The position numbers and the translations under genes are program-made. From an uncultured Gammaproteobacteria bacterium (GTDB lineage Bacteria > Patescibacteriota > Patescibacteriia > Magasanikbacterales > GWA2-37-8), in the NCBI GenBank assembly GCA_964510495.1, contig CAZECR010000001.1, positions 3,781 to 67,780 of the forward strand: a stretch of DNA of 64,000 nucleotides. The letters run 5' to 3'. Each line of letters starts with the position of its first letter. The first letter of the stretch is position 1. Of this stretch, positions 9,102 through 19,246 are shown in pieces. The notes below the pieces were generated by a model that ran no database searches, was not told the DNA's origin, and saw only the letters and a list, made by a program, of their open reading frames with translations.

Positions 9102-10262
9102 ATGTCCGATAACGATAAAACAGCTAAAAAACAAGACTTTAAGGCCCTCCTTCAGAGCCATTTTACTGAAATCCCAAAAGTTGGGGCGATTGTTAAGGGT
9201 AAGGTACTTTCGGTAGATAAAGGCGAAATTCACATTGACGTTGAAGGCATGACAACCGGTGTCGTTCGTGGCCGTGAACTTTTTGCTGAATCTCGCGAGT
9301 ACTCTGGGCTCCGTGTTAACGACGAAGTCGAAGCGACTGTGGTTGAACTTGAAAATGAAAACTGTGAAATGGAACTCTCGTTCCGCATTGCCGGCTACCA
9401 GAAGGCTTGGGACGGCATGATTAAACTCATGAAAGACGGCGTTACTATTAAAGGTAAAGTTGTGTCGGCCAATAAAGGTGGTCTCATGATGCAGGTTGAA
9501 GCCCTCGCTGGTTTTATGCCAGTGTCGCAGCTTAACCCAGACCACTACCCACGCGTTACCGGCGGCGACAAGAATCGCATTCTCGATAAACTACGTGAAA
9601 TTGTTGGTCAGGAACTCGAAGTAAAAGTTATCGATGTTGATGAGAAAGAAGAAAAACTCATCGTCTCGGAACGCGCAGTTTGGGAAGATTCTCAGAAAGC
9701 GGTACTCGAATCCTACAAAGTTGGTGACGTTGTTAACGGCGAAATCAGCGCCCTTACTTCATTTGGTGCATTCATCAAATTTGGTGAAGGACTCGAAGGC
9801 CTGGTACACATTTCCGAAATCGCTTGGCAGCGTATTGATCACCCGAAAGATGTTGTAAAGGTAGGGGACAAGGTCAAAGCCCAAATTATCCAGCTCGATC
9901 ACTCCAAGATTTATCTCTCCATCAAACGCCTCGTGGACGATCCATGGAAGAGCGTTAAGGATAAATACAAACAGGGTGAAGTTGTTAAAGGTAAAATCCT
10001 TAAGATCGAACCGTTCGGTCTCATGGTTGGCCTCGACAAGGACATCCATGGCTTGGCTCATATTTCAGAACTCTCCGATACTCCACTGGCCAATATTAAC
10101 GAACACTTCAAAATTGGACAGGAAATGGACTTCGAAATCATGTCGCTCGAACCAGCTGAACACCGTCTTGGCCTCAAGGCTGTTGGTGTGAAAGGCAAAA
10201 GCGGACGCAAAGTAGCTCCAGCTAAAACTGAAACTCCAGAAGCAGAAAAAGCTGCTGAGTAA
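9102..10262 (+). CDS. rpsA: 30S ribosomal protein S1 (four S1 domains)
   Basis: Repeated S1 motifs NKGGL, FGAFI..GLEGLVHISEI, GLAHISEL. Confidence 0.95.
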   Translation: MSDNDKTAKKQDFKALLQSHFTEIPKVGAIVKGKVLSVDKGEIHIDVEGMTTGVVRGRELFAESREYSGLRVNDEVEATVVELENENCEMELSFRIAGYQKAWDGMIKLMKDGVTIKGKVVSANKGGLMMQVEALAGFMPVSQLNPDHYPRVTGGDKNRILDKLREIVGQELEVKVIDVDEKEEKLIVSERAVWEDSQKAVLESYKVGDVVNGEISALTSFGAFIKFGEGLEGLVHISEIAWQRIDHPKDVVKVGDKVKAQIIQLDHSKIYLSIKRLVDDPWKSVKDKYKQGEVVKGKILKIEPFGLMVGLDKDIHGLAHISELSDTPLANINEHFKIGQEMDFEIMSLEPAEHRLGLKAVGVKGKSGRKVAPAKTETPEAEKAAE

Positions 10263-10273
10263 AAGATGCAATT

Positions 10274-10309
10274 AAAAAATACCCGCTCGATTGTGAGCGG
10301 GTGTTTTTT
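10274..10309. terminator. Bidirectional terminator
   Basis: aaaaaatacccgctc-gattgt-gagcgggtgtttttt. Confidence 0.8.
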
Positions 10310-12192
10310 TAGAGTGAGAATTGTGACTCAGGGGAATTTACCTTTGGTGCTTTGGGAGGTTTGCTTGTTTTTTGTGGAAGGTCGTCGTACTGGGTTTCTC
10401 CCAGAGCTTTGGATATTTCTTCAGGAGCCATAGTTATTGTTTTTTCTGATGCTCTGCGCTCAGATAAGTTTCTACGTAATTTGTCGATATTTTCTTGTGA
10501 CTTTTTAAGTGATTCAGCGGTATCTTTTAAATTTTGCGCTGCATCTTTCTTTAGATTTTCCTTTTCAGTTTCGTTGAGGGGTCTTGTGTAAAGCGGGAAT
10601 TCGCGAAGATGTCTGTCTAACTGATTTCTTCGTTCTTGTAATTCTTCACGCATGATTTTTTCAAATCCAGGGAAAGCCATAGTACGGATGTTGCTATAAG
10701 CAATCTGTCTGCTTAGGGTTAAGCCGGCGTCTTGAATGTTTAAACGCGATTCATTATCTAATTTTTCGCCCGGTGTTAATTCACCAAATTGCGGATTGTT
10801 TATCTGATCTTGCATTGCCTTTTTTTCACGCGCAATTTTATCGCTCAGCGTATCCCAGTTATGTTGTTTTTCAATCGGAATGTTCTCAGATAATTTTTGT
10901 AATTTTGCTTTTTGGACTCTTTGGAACAAGGCCCGTAAAATAGCCTCCAGGTTATCAGGGTGAACTTTAGTGGGATGTGCTTCAAGTGTGTCACGCATCC
11001 ATTCTATTTCGTTGGCAGTTAACCATAATTCTTCAGCAATTTTTTTTGTATCAGCTGTGCTGGTAACTACTTCTTTTAATTTCTGGTATTGTTCTTGGGT
11101 GATGTTATAGAAATTAATTGTGGCGTCAGGACTGTATACTCGGAATTCACCCATGAGCTGGTGTCTTTCCTGGTATGACTTTTGTTTTTCGGGGGTATTT
11201 AAAGTATCAACATCTGCCAATTCTGGTTTGTTAAAATGTTCTTGGATTTTAAGCTGTCTACAAAGTACGGTTAAGTGAGAAAGTTGGTCCGAATACGTTT
11301 CAGTAGGATATTTTTTCCGGTACTCCTGCCATTTTTTTTGCAGAATATTTGTATTTTCTTCGTTAAAAACACTAAAAGAATTATTTTTATTTCCACGTTC
11401 TAGTTGTCTTAGGAGCGCTTCAAGAGTTTCCTTTCCTAGATCAAGATCGTGTTGAATTTTATCGGCATTTTGTTTTCGTTTCCTTTTCTCGATAAAAATT
11501 TTATATATTTCCTCTAAATCAGCAAGGTCGTTACGCAAGCTGTATCCCTTTTGATGATTATTTTTCCATATTTCATGAAGTTGCTTTTGTTCGGTAGAAT
11601 TTAAAATTTTTTCTTCTTGAGGGGATAGCATTTCGCCTTGGGCGATATGAAGAATAGCAAGCATCGCTTCTGGGACAAGCAGGGTATGAACTTTTTTTGG
11701 ACCCAATGCTTCGGCTGTGCGATGCATCGATAATTCAGGCGGTTCTTGAGTGAGTAAATCGTATAGCTCATCCACCGTAGTTGCTCGCCAAAGAATATGT
11801 TTTTTTGGTAGAGCTTGCTCGGAAAGGGTTTCTGGTTTGGCTGGTTTGTAAGGCTGTGTTGCTGTCCTTTCTTTTTTTGGTTCTGAAAGTTCTATGGGCT
11901 GATTCTCTTTTTGAGTAATATGGTGATAGATACCTTTCAGTCTAATGATCTGGTCCGCTATACTGTCATCCGGAAATTGTTCGCGGTATTCTTCCCATTT
12001 TGTGATGAGCATCTCTTCGTCTTGGGCTCCGAGTGAGATGCACGCTCCCGGCATCCCTTCTCTACGTTCCAAATTTTTATGCAGCTCAAAAAGCTCCTTC
12101 CGGCTGAGGTCCCTAGGCTGCTGGGAGCTGTCGAGTCTATTTGTTGCCGCGTAGGCTTCAGAAGAATGCGCGCCACGTCGAAAAGTATGCAT
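10309..12192 (-). CDS. Hypothetical helical/coiled-coil orphan protein
   Basis: 627-aa ORF rich in E/K/Q; internal repeat KWEEYREQFPDDSIADQI / KWQEYRKKYPTETYSDQL. Confidence 0.8.
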   Translation of the reverse strand: MHTFRRGAHSSEAYAATNRLDSSQQPRDLSRKELFELHKNLERREGMPGACISLGAQDEEMLITKWEEYREQFPDDSIADQIIRLKGIYHHITQKENQPIELSEPKKERTATQPYKPAKPETLSEQALPKKHILWRATTVDELYDLLTQEPPELSMHRTAEALGPKKVHTLLVPEAMLAILHIAQGEMLSPQEEKILNSTEQKQLHEIWKNNHQKGYSLRNDLADLEEIYKIFIEKRKRKQNADKIQHDLDLGKETLEALLRQLERGNKNNSFSVFNEENTNILQKKWQEYRKKYPTETYSDQLSHLTVLCRQLKIQEHFNKPELADVDTLNTPEKQKSYQERHQLMGEFRVYSPDATINFYNITQEQYQKLKEVVTSTADTKKIAEELWLTANEIEWMRDTLEAHPTKVHPDNLEAILRALFQRVQKAKLQKLSENIPIEKQHNWDTLSDKIAREKKAMQDQINNPQFGELTPGEKLDNESRLNIQDAGLTLSRQIAYSNIRTMAFPGFEKIMREELQERRNQLDRHLREFPLYTRPLNETEKENLKKDAAQNLKDTAESLKKSQENIDKLRRNLSERRASEKTITMAPEEISKALGETQYDDLPQKTSKPPKAPKVNSPESQFSL

Positions 12193-12370
12193 AAAGAATT
12201 TTTATTATAGTATAACATATTTGCTGTAAACAGCCCATGCAAGCACATTTCAAGCGTTTTGTCAACCCAATTGAGCTTTATTTTGGCTAAGATATGCCCT
12301 TCTGTACGCCTTGATTTCTTGGCTAAAAGCCTGTATGCTAGCTGAACGGTATAATTCATTAGTCTTATTT

Positions 12371-14239
12371 ATGAAAGATTTTTTAAAGAATTTTTTACTC
12401 ATTTTTGGGGCATTACTCCTGATTGCTGGTGGTCTTAGCCTTGTTAAATGGAATAGCGCGCAGAAGCCGGAGATTGTTGGTGTTAATCAGTTGGCCGAAG
12501 AGATTAATGCTGGCAAGGTTAAGAAGATCGTGGTTCAAGGTGATACGCTCAGTATTGAGCTTAACGATGCCAAAGCTGCTCCGCAGCAAGTGAAAAAAGA
12601 AGCTCAGGAATCGTTTGGCGACATCATGAAAAATTATGGCGTAACCGATGAAGCCCGTGCAAAATTACAGGTAGAAATTAAAGATCAGAGTTCGTGGAAG
12701 TTTTGGCTGGCCAATTTGGTATTGCCGGCTTTGCCGGTACTCATGTTGCTCGGGTTTCTGTACTTCATGACTCGCGGCATGCAGGGAATGAACAATAAAG
12801 CCATGGGTTTTGGACAGAGCAATCCGCGTCAGGTGAAGCCAGACGACAAAGACAAGAAAACATTTAAAGATGTTGCTGGCGCTAAAGAAGCCAAAGAAGA
12901 ACTCGTGGAAATTGTCGATTTTTTGAAAGATCCTAAAAAGTTTGCGGAAATTGGGGCAAAGATTCCTAAAGGCGTCTTGCTGACAGGTACCCCGGGTACC
13001 GGTAAAACTTTACTTGCGAAAGCGGTGGCTGGTGAAGCCGATGTGCCGTTTTTTCACATGAGTGGTTCTGAGTTTGTAGAAATGTTTGTGGGTGTTGGTG
13101 CGAGCCGTGTGCGCGACCTCTTTGCTAAAGCAAAAAAGGCTGCCCCAGCTATTATCTTTATCGATGAAATTGATGCGGTCGGTCGTAGGCGTGGTGCTGG
13201 TATGGGTGGTGGACATGACGAACGCGAACAAACCCTCAACCAGATTTTAGTTGAGATGGATGGTTTTGAACCTAATCTCGGTGTTATTATTATGGCGGCT
13301 ACGAACCGTCCCGACGTGCTTGATCCGGCACTCCTTCGCCCAGGTCGTTTTGATCGCCGAGTGACAATCGATATGCCAGATATTCGCGACCGCGAAGAAA
13401 TTTTGAAGATTCATGCGATTGGTAAACCTTTTGCGCCCGAGGTTTCAATGCGTAAAGTAGCCGAACGTACTCCAGGATTCTCGGGTGCTGATCTCGCCAA
13501 TCTTTTGAATGAAGCGGCGATTTTAACGGTGCGCAAAGGATTGAAAGTAATTACTGAAAACGAAATTTTACCAAGTATTGAAAAAGTCTTACTCGGGCCT
13601 GAACGCAAGAGCCGGGTTATTTCGGATCATGATAAAAAAGTTACTGCCTACCACGAAGCAGGGCATGCGATCGTTGGGTACCTCTTACCAAATTGTGACC
13701 CTGTTCGCAAAGTGTCGATTATTTCGCGCGGTTCAGCTGGCGGGTATACGCTCAAAATGCCGGCCGAAGACAAGCATTATCATACGCTTGCTCAATTCCG
13801 CGACGATCTGGCAATGTCGCTCGGCGGCTACGTCGTCGAAAAAATGGTCTTTGGTGACGGTAATATTTCAACCGGCCCATCAAGCGATTTGCGCAACGCT
13901 ACCAAGCTCGCTCGCGGCATGGTGACGCAGTATGGTATGAGTACGAAACTGGGACCACGTACCTTCGGTGAAAGTGAAGGCATGGTGTTCCTTGGCGGTG
14001 AATCACATGCCGAACGGGATTATAGTGATAAGACGGCCGAGATTATTGATCAGGAAGTGCTGGCGCTTATCTCAGAAGCCGAAACTCGAGCGCGCGACGT
14101 AATGACCAAAAATAAAGCAGCCATGGAACGTATGGTCGCCGCACTTATTGAAAAAGAAACGATTGAACAAGACGAGATTAAAGCAATCATGGGTGAGCCG
14201 CCAAAGAAATCAGAAGTTGTTTTGGAAAATCAAGCGTAA
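12371..14239 (+). CDS. ftsH: ATP-dependent zinc metalloprotease FtsH
   Basis: Two TMs, [33 protein letters not shown]. Confidence 0.99.
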   Translation: MKDFLKNFLLIFGALLLIAGGLSLVKWNSAQKPEIVGVNQLAEEINAGKVKKIVVQGDTLSIELNDAKAAPQQVKKEAQESFGDIMKNYGVTDEARAKLQVEIKDQSSWKFWLANLVLPALPVLMLLGFLYFMTRGMQGMNNKAMGFGQSNPRQVKPDDKDKKTFKDVAGAKEAKEELVEIVDFLKDPKKFAEIGAKIPKGVLLTGTPGTGKTLLAKAVAGEADVPFFHMSGSEFVEMFVGVGASRVRDLFAKAKKAAPAIIFIDEIDAVGRRRGAGMGGGHDEREQTLNQILVEMDGFEPNLGVIIMAATNRPDVLDPALLRPGRFDRRVTIDMPDIRDREEILKIHAIGKPFAPEVSMRKVAERTPGFSGADLANLLNEAAILTVRKGLKVITENEILPSIEKVLLGPERKSRVISDHDKKVTAYHEAGHAIVGYLLPNCDPVRKVSIISRGSAGGYTLKMPAEDKHYHTLAQFRDDLAMSLGGYVVEKMVFGDGNISTGPSSDLRNATKLARGMVTQYGMSTKLGPRTFGESEGMVFLGGESHAERDYSDKTAEIIDQEVLALISEAETRARDVMTKNKAAMERMVAALIEKETIEQDEIKAIMGEPPKKSEVVLENQA

Positions 14240-14253
14240 AATCTGATAACATA

Positions 14254-14286
14254 AAATCCCGTATTCGATTGAACGCGGGATTTTTT
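14254..14286 (+). terminator. ftsH terminator (bidirectional)
   Basis: aaatcccgtattc-gatt-gaacgcgggatttttt. Confidence 0.75.
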
Positions 14287-14295
14287 AAATAGTGA

Positions 14296-14377
14296 GGAGA
14301 GCGGCCCGCCAGCTAGCGAGATCCGTTAAGCGAATACGGGTCTCTTGTCTGCTCGAATGGTAGTACTAATCGCCCTG
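14296..14377. ncRNA. Candidate small structured RNA
   Basis: GC-rich nested stems gagatccgt/acgggtctc and agagcg/cgccct; minus-strand TTGACA at 14415-14420. Confidence 0.35.
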
Positions 14378-14440
14378 TTTTTTAATGGAGAAATGTGTGG
14401 TGGTGGCAAGGGCGTGTCAATATGTAACTACCTGTAAAAG

Positions 14441-14451
14441 TGTGGTATACT
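14441..14451 (+). promoter_or_regulatory. Extended -10 promoter (TGTGGTATACT)
   Basis: TGnTATACT upstream of 14495; the same motif recurs near 17267, 54689 and 58797. Confidence 0.6.
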
Positions 14452-14494
14452 ACTGGTACTCAAAAATTATTTATATTTTTTAATCGCGATTGGT

Positions 14495-15463
14495 ATGCGT
14501 GAGCCAAGCTATGGACGGGCCCTCCTTAAATCGTGGCGCTTTGTCTGGCACAATAAAATTGTCTGGATTTTTGGCTTGTTGGCGCTCTTGGTTGGGCAGT
14601 TCGGATTAAATCATTTTGTAGGGCAGCTTTTTTTGTTAGGTACAAATACAGCTTCTCCCATAAGTTTTATTTCCTGGCCAGCGAGTTGGCCGGTTTGGCA
14701 AATTACTACGGTTGAAGAAGGGTTATTATTTAGCTGGCTCTTAGTTATTATGCTGGCGATTGGTGTCCTGGCACTCGTTATGGGTGTCTTGAGTCAGGGA
14801 GCACTTATTGCGGCAGCAGCGGATTATTTTAAAAACGAAACTCCGCCTCGTCTCGCTCGTGCGTGGCATAAATCAGTGCGTCGGTTTTGGCCGCTCCTCA
14901 GCCTTAATATTATTCAAAAGATTATTAGTGGCGGACTCTGGGTCGTAACTTTTTATCTTCTCAGCATATTTAAAGCCGAAACGGTAAGTGGTTTTTTTGC
15001 TACAGTTATTACGATTGGTATTGCGGGTCTCCTTATGCTCGCTGTTTCCGCTGTCACTATTTACGCAGCCGGTTACATTGTAGAGTATAATTTTTCCTTG
15101 CTAGCTGGTTTGGTAGAAGGGTTTCGTTTGTTTGAAGAGCATGTTCTTGTGTCATTGGAACTAAGTCTTATTTTGGTCGCGTGTAGCCTTGCTTTGTATG
15201 GGGTTGTTTATATTGGAGCACTTCTTACGCTTATCCCATCATGGTTTATTTGGGTTACTGCTGGTTTTACAGGTTCCTTTGGGCTTTTTGCGGTAGGTCT
15301 TGTCGTCGCTGTGTTTTTGTTTGGCGTGCTCGTAGCCATTCTTGGCGCTCTTTTTAACGCATTTACTACGAGTGCTTGGATGTATTTCTTCATGCGTATG
15401 CACCACCAGGGCGTAGCAAGTCGTATTATTAATTTTGTTGAACGCACGATTCGGGTTAACTAA
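14495..15463 (+). CDS. Polytopic membrane protein of unknown function
   Basis: About 7 hydrophobic segments. Confidence 0.8.
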   Translation: MREPSYGRALLKSWRFVWHNKIVWIFGLLALLVGQFGLNHFVGQLFLLGTNTASPISFISWPASWPVWQITTVEEGLLFSWLLVIMLAIGVLALVMGVLSQGALIAAAADYFKNETPPRLARAWHKSVRRFWPLLSLNIIQKIISGGLWVVTFYLLSIFKAETVSGFFATVITIGIAGLLMLAVSAVTIYAAGYIVEYNFSLLAGLVEGFRLFEEHVLVSLELSLILVACSLALYGVVYIGALLTLIPSWFIWVTAGFTGSFGLFAVGLVVAVFLFGVLVAILGALFNAFTTSAWMYFFMRMHHQGVASRIINFVERTIRVN

Positions 15464-15475
15464 CTTTTACGCTGT

Positions 15476-17227
15476 ATGTCTGATTTTCCCTCAATTAATG
15501 ATCTGGTAAAAAAAAATACTGGCAAAACACCTCCAATAACCGGAGGAAAAGCGCTTGCTACGCCTCCGCCTGTGGTTGATGTTGATAGCACCGAAGGCAA
15601 ATTTGATGAAAAAATGAAGGCGATCAGTCTTAAAGAAAAAGAAGATTTGGTCGCAGTTATGGCAGCGTCATACGGCCTCCCGTATCTTGATTTAACTGGT
15701 TTCCCAATATCCGCAGAAGCCTTGCGCGTCTTGCCAGAAGCAGAAGCTCGTGAAAAGCGGGTAGTTTGCTTTTTTTATAATGGTGACGAGTTGCGCCTGG
15801 GTGCGCTTGAAAAAACCAAAGAAATTGACGAGTTGGCCTACCAGCTCGGGGAGCGTGTGCATGCGCGAGTAGGGGTGTATATTGTTTCCGAACATAGTCT
15901 CGAAAAAGCGCTTAGCTTCTACGCCAACTTGCCGATTGTTAAACCGGTGACCAAAGATATTAATATTACCGATGAAGAGCTTGCAAAATTTGGTGTTGGT
16001 ATCGATAATTTATCGAGTCTCCAAGAAAAGTTTAAAAATGTTTCAATCACAGATATTCTGACACTGATGATTGCCTCGGCTTTGAAGGTGAATTCTTCAG
16101 ATATGCACGTGGAGGCGGAAGAGAACGGCATTGCTGTTCGGTATCGTATTGACGGTGTTTTACATGATGTGGCCACGCTCCCGAAAGAGCAATGGAAGCG
16201 CTTTATCTCGCGTATCAAACTTTTGGCAGCACTTAAAATTAATGTTTCGGAGCGTCCACAGGACGGACGTGTTACGCTCAAAGTAACGTCGGGCAGTCTC
16301 GATGTGCGCGTTTCCACGATGCCAACGACATATGGAGAGAGTGTTGTAATGCGTATTTTGCATAGTGGTAGTAAAGGGGTTACTTTTGATGACTTGGGTC
16401 TGCGCGGGGATGCTCATGATCGTTTAAAACGCGAAATCGAACGCCCAAACGGCATGATTATTACAACTGGTCCAACGGGCTCTGGTAAAACAACCACAAT
16501 GTACGCTATCTTGCGCACGCTTAATAAACCGGGGGTAAATATTATTACCCTTGAAGATCCGGTCGAAATTAAGATGGAAGGAATTAATCAAAGTCAGGTG
16601 GAGTCATCGCACGACTATACGTTTGCCAAAGGACTCAAAAGTATTTTGCGTCAGGACCCAGATATTTGTATGGTTGGTGAAATCCGCGATCTTGAAACCG
16701 CTGAGATTTCGATTCAGACCGCCCTTACGGGTCACTTGATGCTTTCGACCATCCATACCAACAGTGCGTCCGGCGCCATTCCACGTTTCTTGTCGATGGG
16801 TGTAAAACCGTTTTTATTGGCTCCAGCGCTTAACTCAGTTATTGGTCAGCGTTTAGTGCGCCGTATTTGTGAAGTGTGCCGTGAAGAAAAAGCCTTAACG
16901 CCAGAACAAGCCGAGCGAGTACAAAAAGTGTTCAGCTCGCTGCCAGAAGCAGAAAAGAAAAATATCGATGTTGCCAACCTTCATTTTTATATGGGAAAGG
17001 GTTGTGAAGTGTGCAGTGGTCTCGGGTATAAAGGCCGTATTGGTATTTACGAAATTTTTACCATGAGCAAGGAGATTGAAGAGGTTATTTTAAGCGCTCA
17101 GGTCTCGGAGTACTTGATCGAAGAATTAGCAGTCAAAAATGGTATGGTAACGATGGTACAGGACGGTCTCCTCAAAGCGCTCGACAAAATTACCAGTGTC
17201 GAAGAAGTGTTTCGTGTCACCGAGTAG
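15476..17227 (+). CDS. GspE/PulE/PilB-family type IV pilus assembly ATPase
   Basis: SDMHVE, RPQDGR, GPTGSGKTTT, EDPVE, LRQDPD, GEIRD, TGHL, CxxC pairs, GYKGRIGIYE. Confidence 0.95.
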   Translation: MSDFPSINDLVKKNTGKTPPITGGKALATPPPVVDVDSTEGKFDEKMKAISLKEKEDLVAVMAASYGLPYLDLTGFPISAEALRVLPEAEAREKRVVCFFYNGDELRLGALEKTKEIDELAYQLGERVHARVGVYIVSEHSLEKALSFYANLPIVKPVTKDINITDEELAKFGVGIDNLSSLQEKFKNVSITDILTLMIASALKVNSSDMHVEAEENGIAVRYRIDGVLHDVATLPKEQWKRFISRIKLLAALKINVSERPQDGRVTLKVTSGSLDVRVSTMPTTYGESVVMRILHSGSKGVTFDDLGLRGDAHDRLKREIERPNGMIITTGPTGSGKTTTMYAILRTLNKPGVNIITLEDPVEIKMEGINQSQVESSHDYTFAKGLKSILRQDPDICMVGEIRDLETAEISIQTALTGHLMLSTIHTNSASGAIPRFLSMGVKPFLLAPALNSVIGQRLVRRICEVCREEKALTPEQAERVQKVFSSLPEAEKKNIDVANLHFYMGKGCEVCSGLGYKGRIGIYEIFTMSKEIEEVILSAQVSEYLIEELAVKNGMVTMVQDGLLKALDKITSVEEVFRVTE

Positions 17228-17315
17228 GTCACGAGACTCTGTGCACAGTTCTTTTTTATTGACAATGTGGTATACTTTGAATACACCTTAAATTTTTTAA
17301 GTCTTTTGAAAATCT

Positions 17316-18455
17316 ATGATGATCCGTCGCATGGAAACAAGTCCGGCTCCAGAGCCGCCAGTACGCTTTTATAAAATTATCGCCCTCTCTTTTTTGTTTT
17401 TAACCGTCATTATTTTAGGGGTTGTGGTTTTTATAACTTCTAAAAAAGCAACTATTGTTGTCGTTTCAAAACAAGACAGCCAAACAGTCCCCTTGACCGT
17501 TAAAGTTACCCCCGATAATGCTGGAGGCCAAACGATTCCCGGAACAGTGAGCTCTACATCTTTTGCCTGGTCAAATACATATTATCCAACCGGTACCAAA
17601 GTTATTGAAGGAAGTAGCGGTGGACAGGTGACTATTTATAATAAAACCGGGACCCCTCAGACACTTATTAAAACTACCCGGTTACTTACAGCCAGCGGTA
17701 TTTTGTTCCGTCTTTCCGATACGGTGATTGTGCCGGCAAATGGTGAAGTCAGTGCAACCGTCTATGCAGATAAGGCAGGAGCCGAGAGTGATATTGCGGC
17801 TAGTCAGTTTACTATCCCCGGACTTGCTGAAGAGAAACAGAAAACTATTTACGCGGTAAGCGCCGCGCCAATGTCTGGCGGAGCTAAGAAAGTTGGCGTT
17901 CTGAGCGATGATGATATTGCTAACGCTCTTAAAGATTATAAGGATAAAGTTAAAGATGCTTTTCTTGCGACACTTAAGGACGTTTCGACGAGTCAAGCCG
18001 TAGTTCTCATGAATGAGAATATTGCTGCCAATCACAAGGCAGGGGATGAGGTCGCTGATTTTACCATACAAGGCACAAATACGCTTTTGGTAGTTTCGTA
18101 TAACGCTGCCGATCTTGCTAAAATTCTTAACGATGCTTTAAGCACTAAATTCGACAGTTCATCAGAAAAGTTGTTGTCTCTTAATAAAGACCCGGTTGTA
18201 AATATTGGTTCTTACGATGTTGCCAGTCGTACCGCAGATTTGTCAGTAACTCAAGATGTCGTGGTTACACTTGATTCTAACGGCGACAAGCTCCTTGCCA
18301 AGAACTTTTTAGGCAAAAAGAAAGAAGACATACAGCGTTATATTCTGAGTTTGGATCATGTATCGGGTGTTGATGTGCAGTTTTCACCAGGCTGGATGCT
18401 AAGCGCGCCAAGCGTCCCCGACCGCATCAAAGTAGTAGTCAAGAACATGAATTAA
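17316..18455 (+). CDS. Membrane-anchored protein, possibly baseplate-J-like domain
   Basis: N-terminal TM; GQVTIYNKT..QTLIKTTRL, ADKAG, FTIPGL, MSGG pattern recalled from CPR proteins. Confidence 0.7.
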   Translation: MMIRRMETSPAPEPPVRFYKIIALSFLFLTVIILGVVVFITSKKATIVVVSKQDSQTVPLTVKVTPDNAGGQTIPGTVSSTSFAWSNTYYPTGTKVIEGSSGGQVTIYNKTGTPQTLIKTTRLLTASGILFRLSDTVIVPANGEVSATVYADKAGAESDIAASQFTIPGLAEEKQKTIYAVSAAPMSGGAKKVGVLSDDDIANALKDYKDKVKDAFLATLKDVSTSQAVVLMNENIAANHKAGDEVADFTIQGTNTLLVVSYNAADLAKILNDALSTKFDSSSEKLLSLNKDPVVNIGSYDVASRTADLSVTQDVVVTLDSNGDKLLAKNFLGKKKEDIQRYILSLDHVSGVDVQFSPGWMLSAPSVPDRIKVVVKNMN

Positions 18456-18530
18456 TGAGCGGTTTTTACTACGGTAGCGTATTTGACAGATTGTTCTGTT
18501 TTTGATAAAAATAGCTTAGTACATATAGTT

Positions 18531-18693
18531 AAGAACCAGCCCAGCCTGTGAAACGGCATGGTACCACTCTTGGCACTGACTGTCGGTCAGGTGTACAAAA
18601 TAACCCATCACAAAGTTAATTATTCGGGTGGAACCGTCTTATATTCTATAAGACCCCGATGTCTCTTCATAAAAGACATCGGGGTATTTTTTT
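18531..18693 (+). promoter_or_regulatory. Threonine T-box riboswitch (transcriptional)
   Basis: Antiterminator tcggg-TGGAACC-gtcttata/tataagac-cccga; terminator accccgatgtct/agacatcggggt plus T tract; short stem I with ACC (Thr) at 18563-18565; upstream of hpt-thrS. Confidence 0.88.
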
Positions 18694-18697
18694 ACCT

Positions 18698-19237
18698 ATG
18701 GATACATTAAAAATTGACCAGGCCGTTTTTAAAGAGATTTATTCTAATGCCACGATCTTAGAGCGCATCAAGGATCTTGCACTCCAAATCGAAAGGGATT
18801 TGCCGGGTAGTACACCGGTTATGCTGGGGGTTATGAAAGGTTCGGTTATTTTCTTGGCGGATTTAGTGAGAGCTGTAACTGCTATTGACCTCGAGATTGA
18901 TTATGTTCGGGTAAAGAGCTATGGTAATGAAGAAGCTTCGTCAGGCACAATAGAGCTTGTACAGGAGCCGGGGATTCCGCTCATGGATCGTGATGTTGTT
19001 GTGGTAGAAGATATAGTTGATAGCGGTCAAACTGTTAATTTTTTACGCCGATACCTATCTGATCAGGGGGCAAAAAGTGTCCGTGTGGCCACCCTTCTCT
19101 ACAAGCACGAATCCGCCAAGCTGGATGTTCCGGTTGAATATGTTGGTTTCAGTATTCCTAATAATTTTGTCATCGGTTACGGCCTTGATTACAAGCAGCT
19201 CAAGCGTAATTTGCCGAGTATTTATTCAAAACAATAA
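18698..19237 (+). CDS. hpt: Hypoxanthine phosphoribosyltransferase
   Basis: GVMKGSVIFLADL, VVVEDIVDSGQT PRPP loop, FVIGYGLDY, RNLP. Confidence 0.95.
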   Translation: MDTLKIDQAVFKEIYSNATILERIKDLALQIERDLPGSTPVMLGVMKGSVIFLADLVRAVTAIDLEIDYVRVKSYGNEEASSGTIELVQEPGIPLMDRDVVVVEDIVDSGQTVNFLRRYLSDQGAKSVRVATLLYKHESAKLDVPVEYVGFSIPNNFVIGYGLDYKQLKRNLPSIYSKQ

Positions 19238-19246
19238 TTTTTTACT

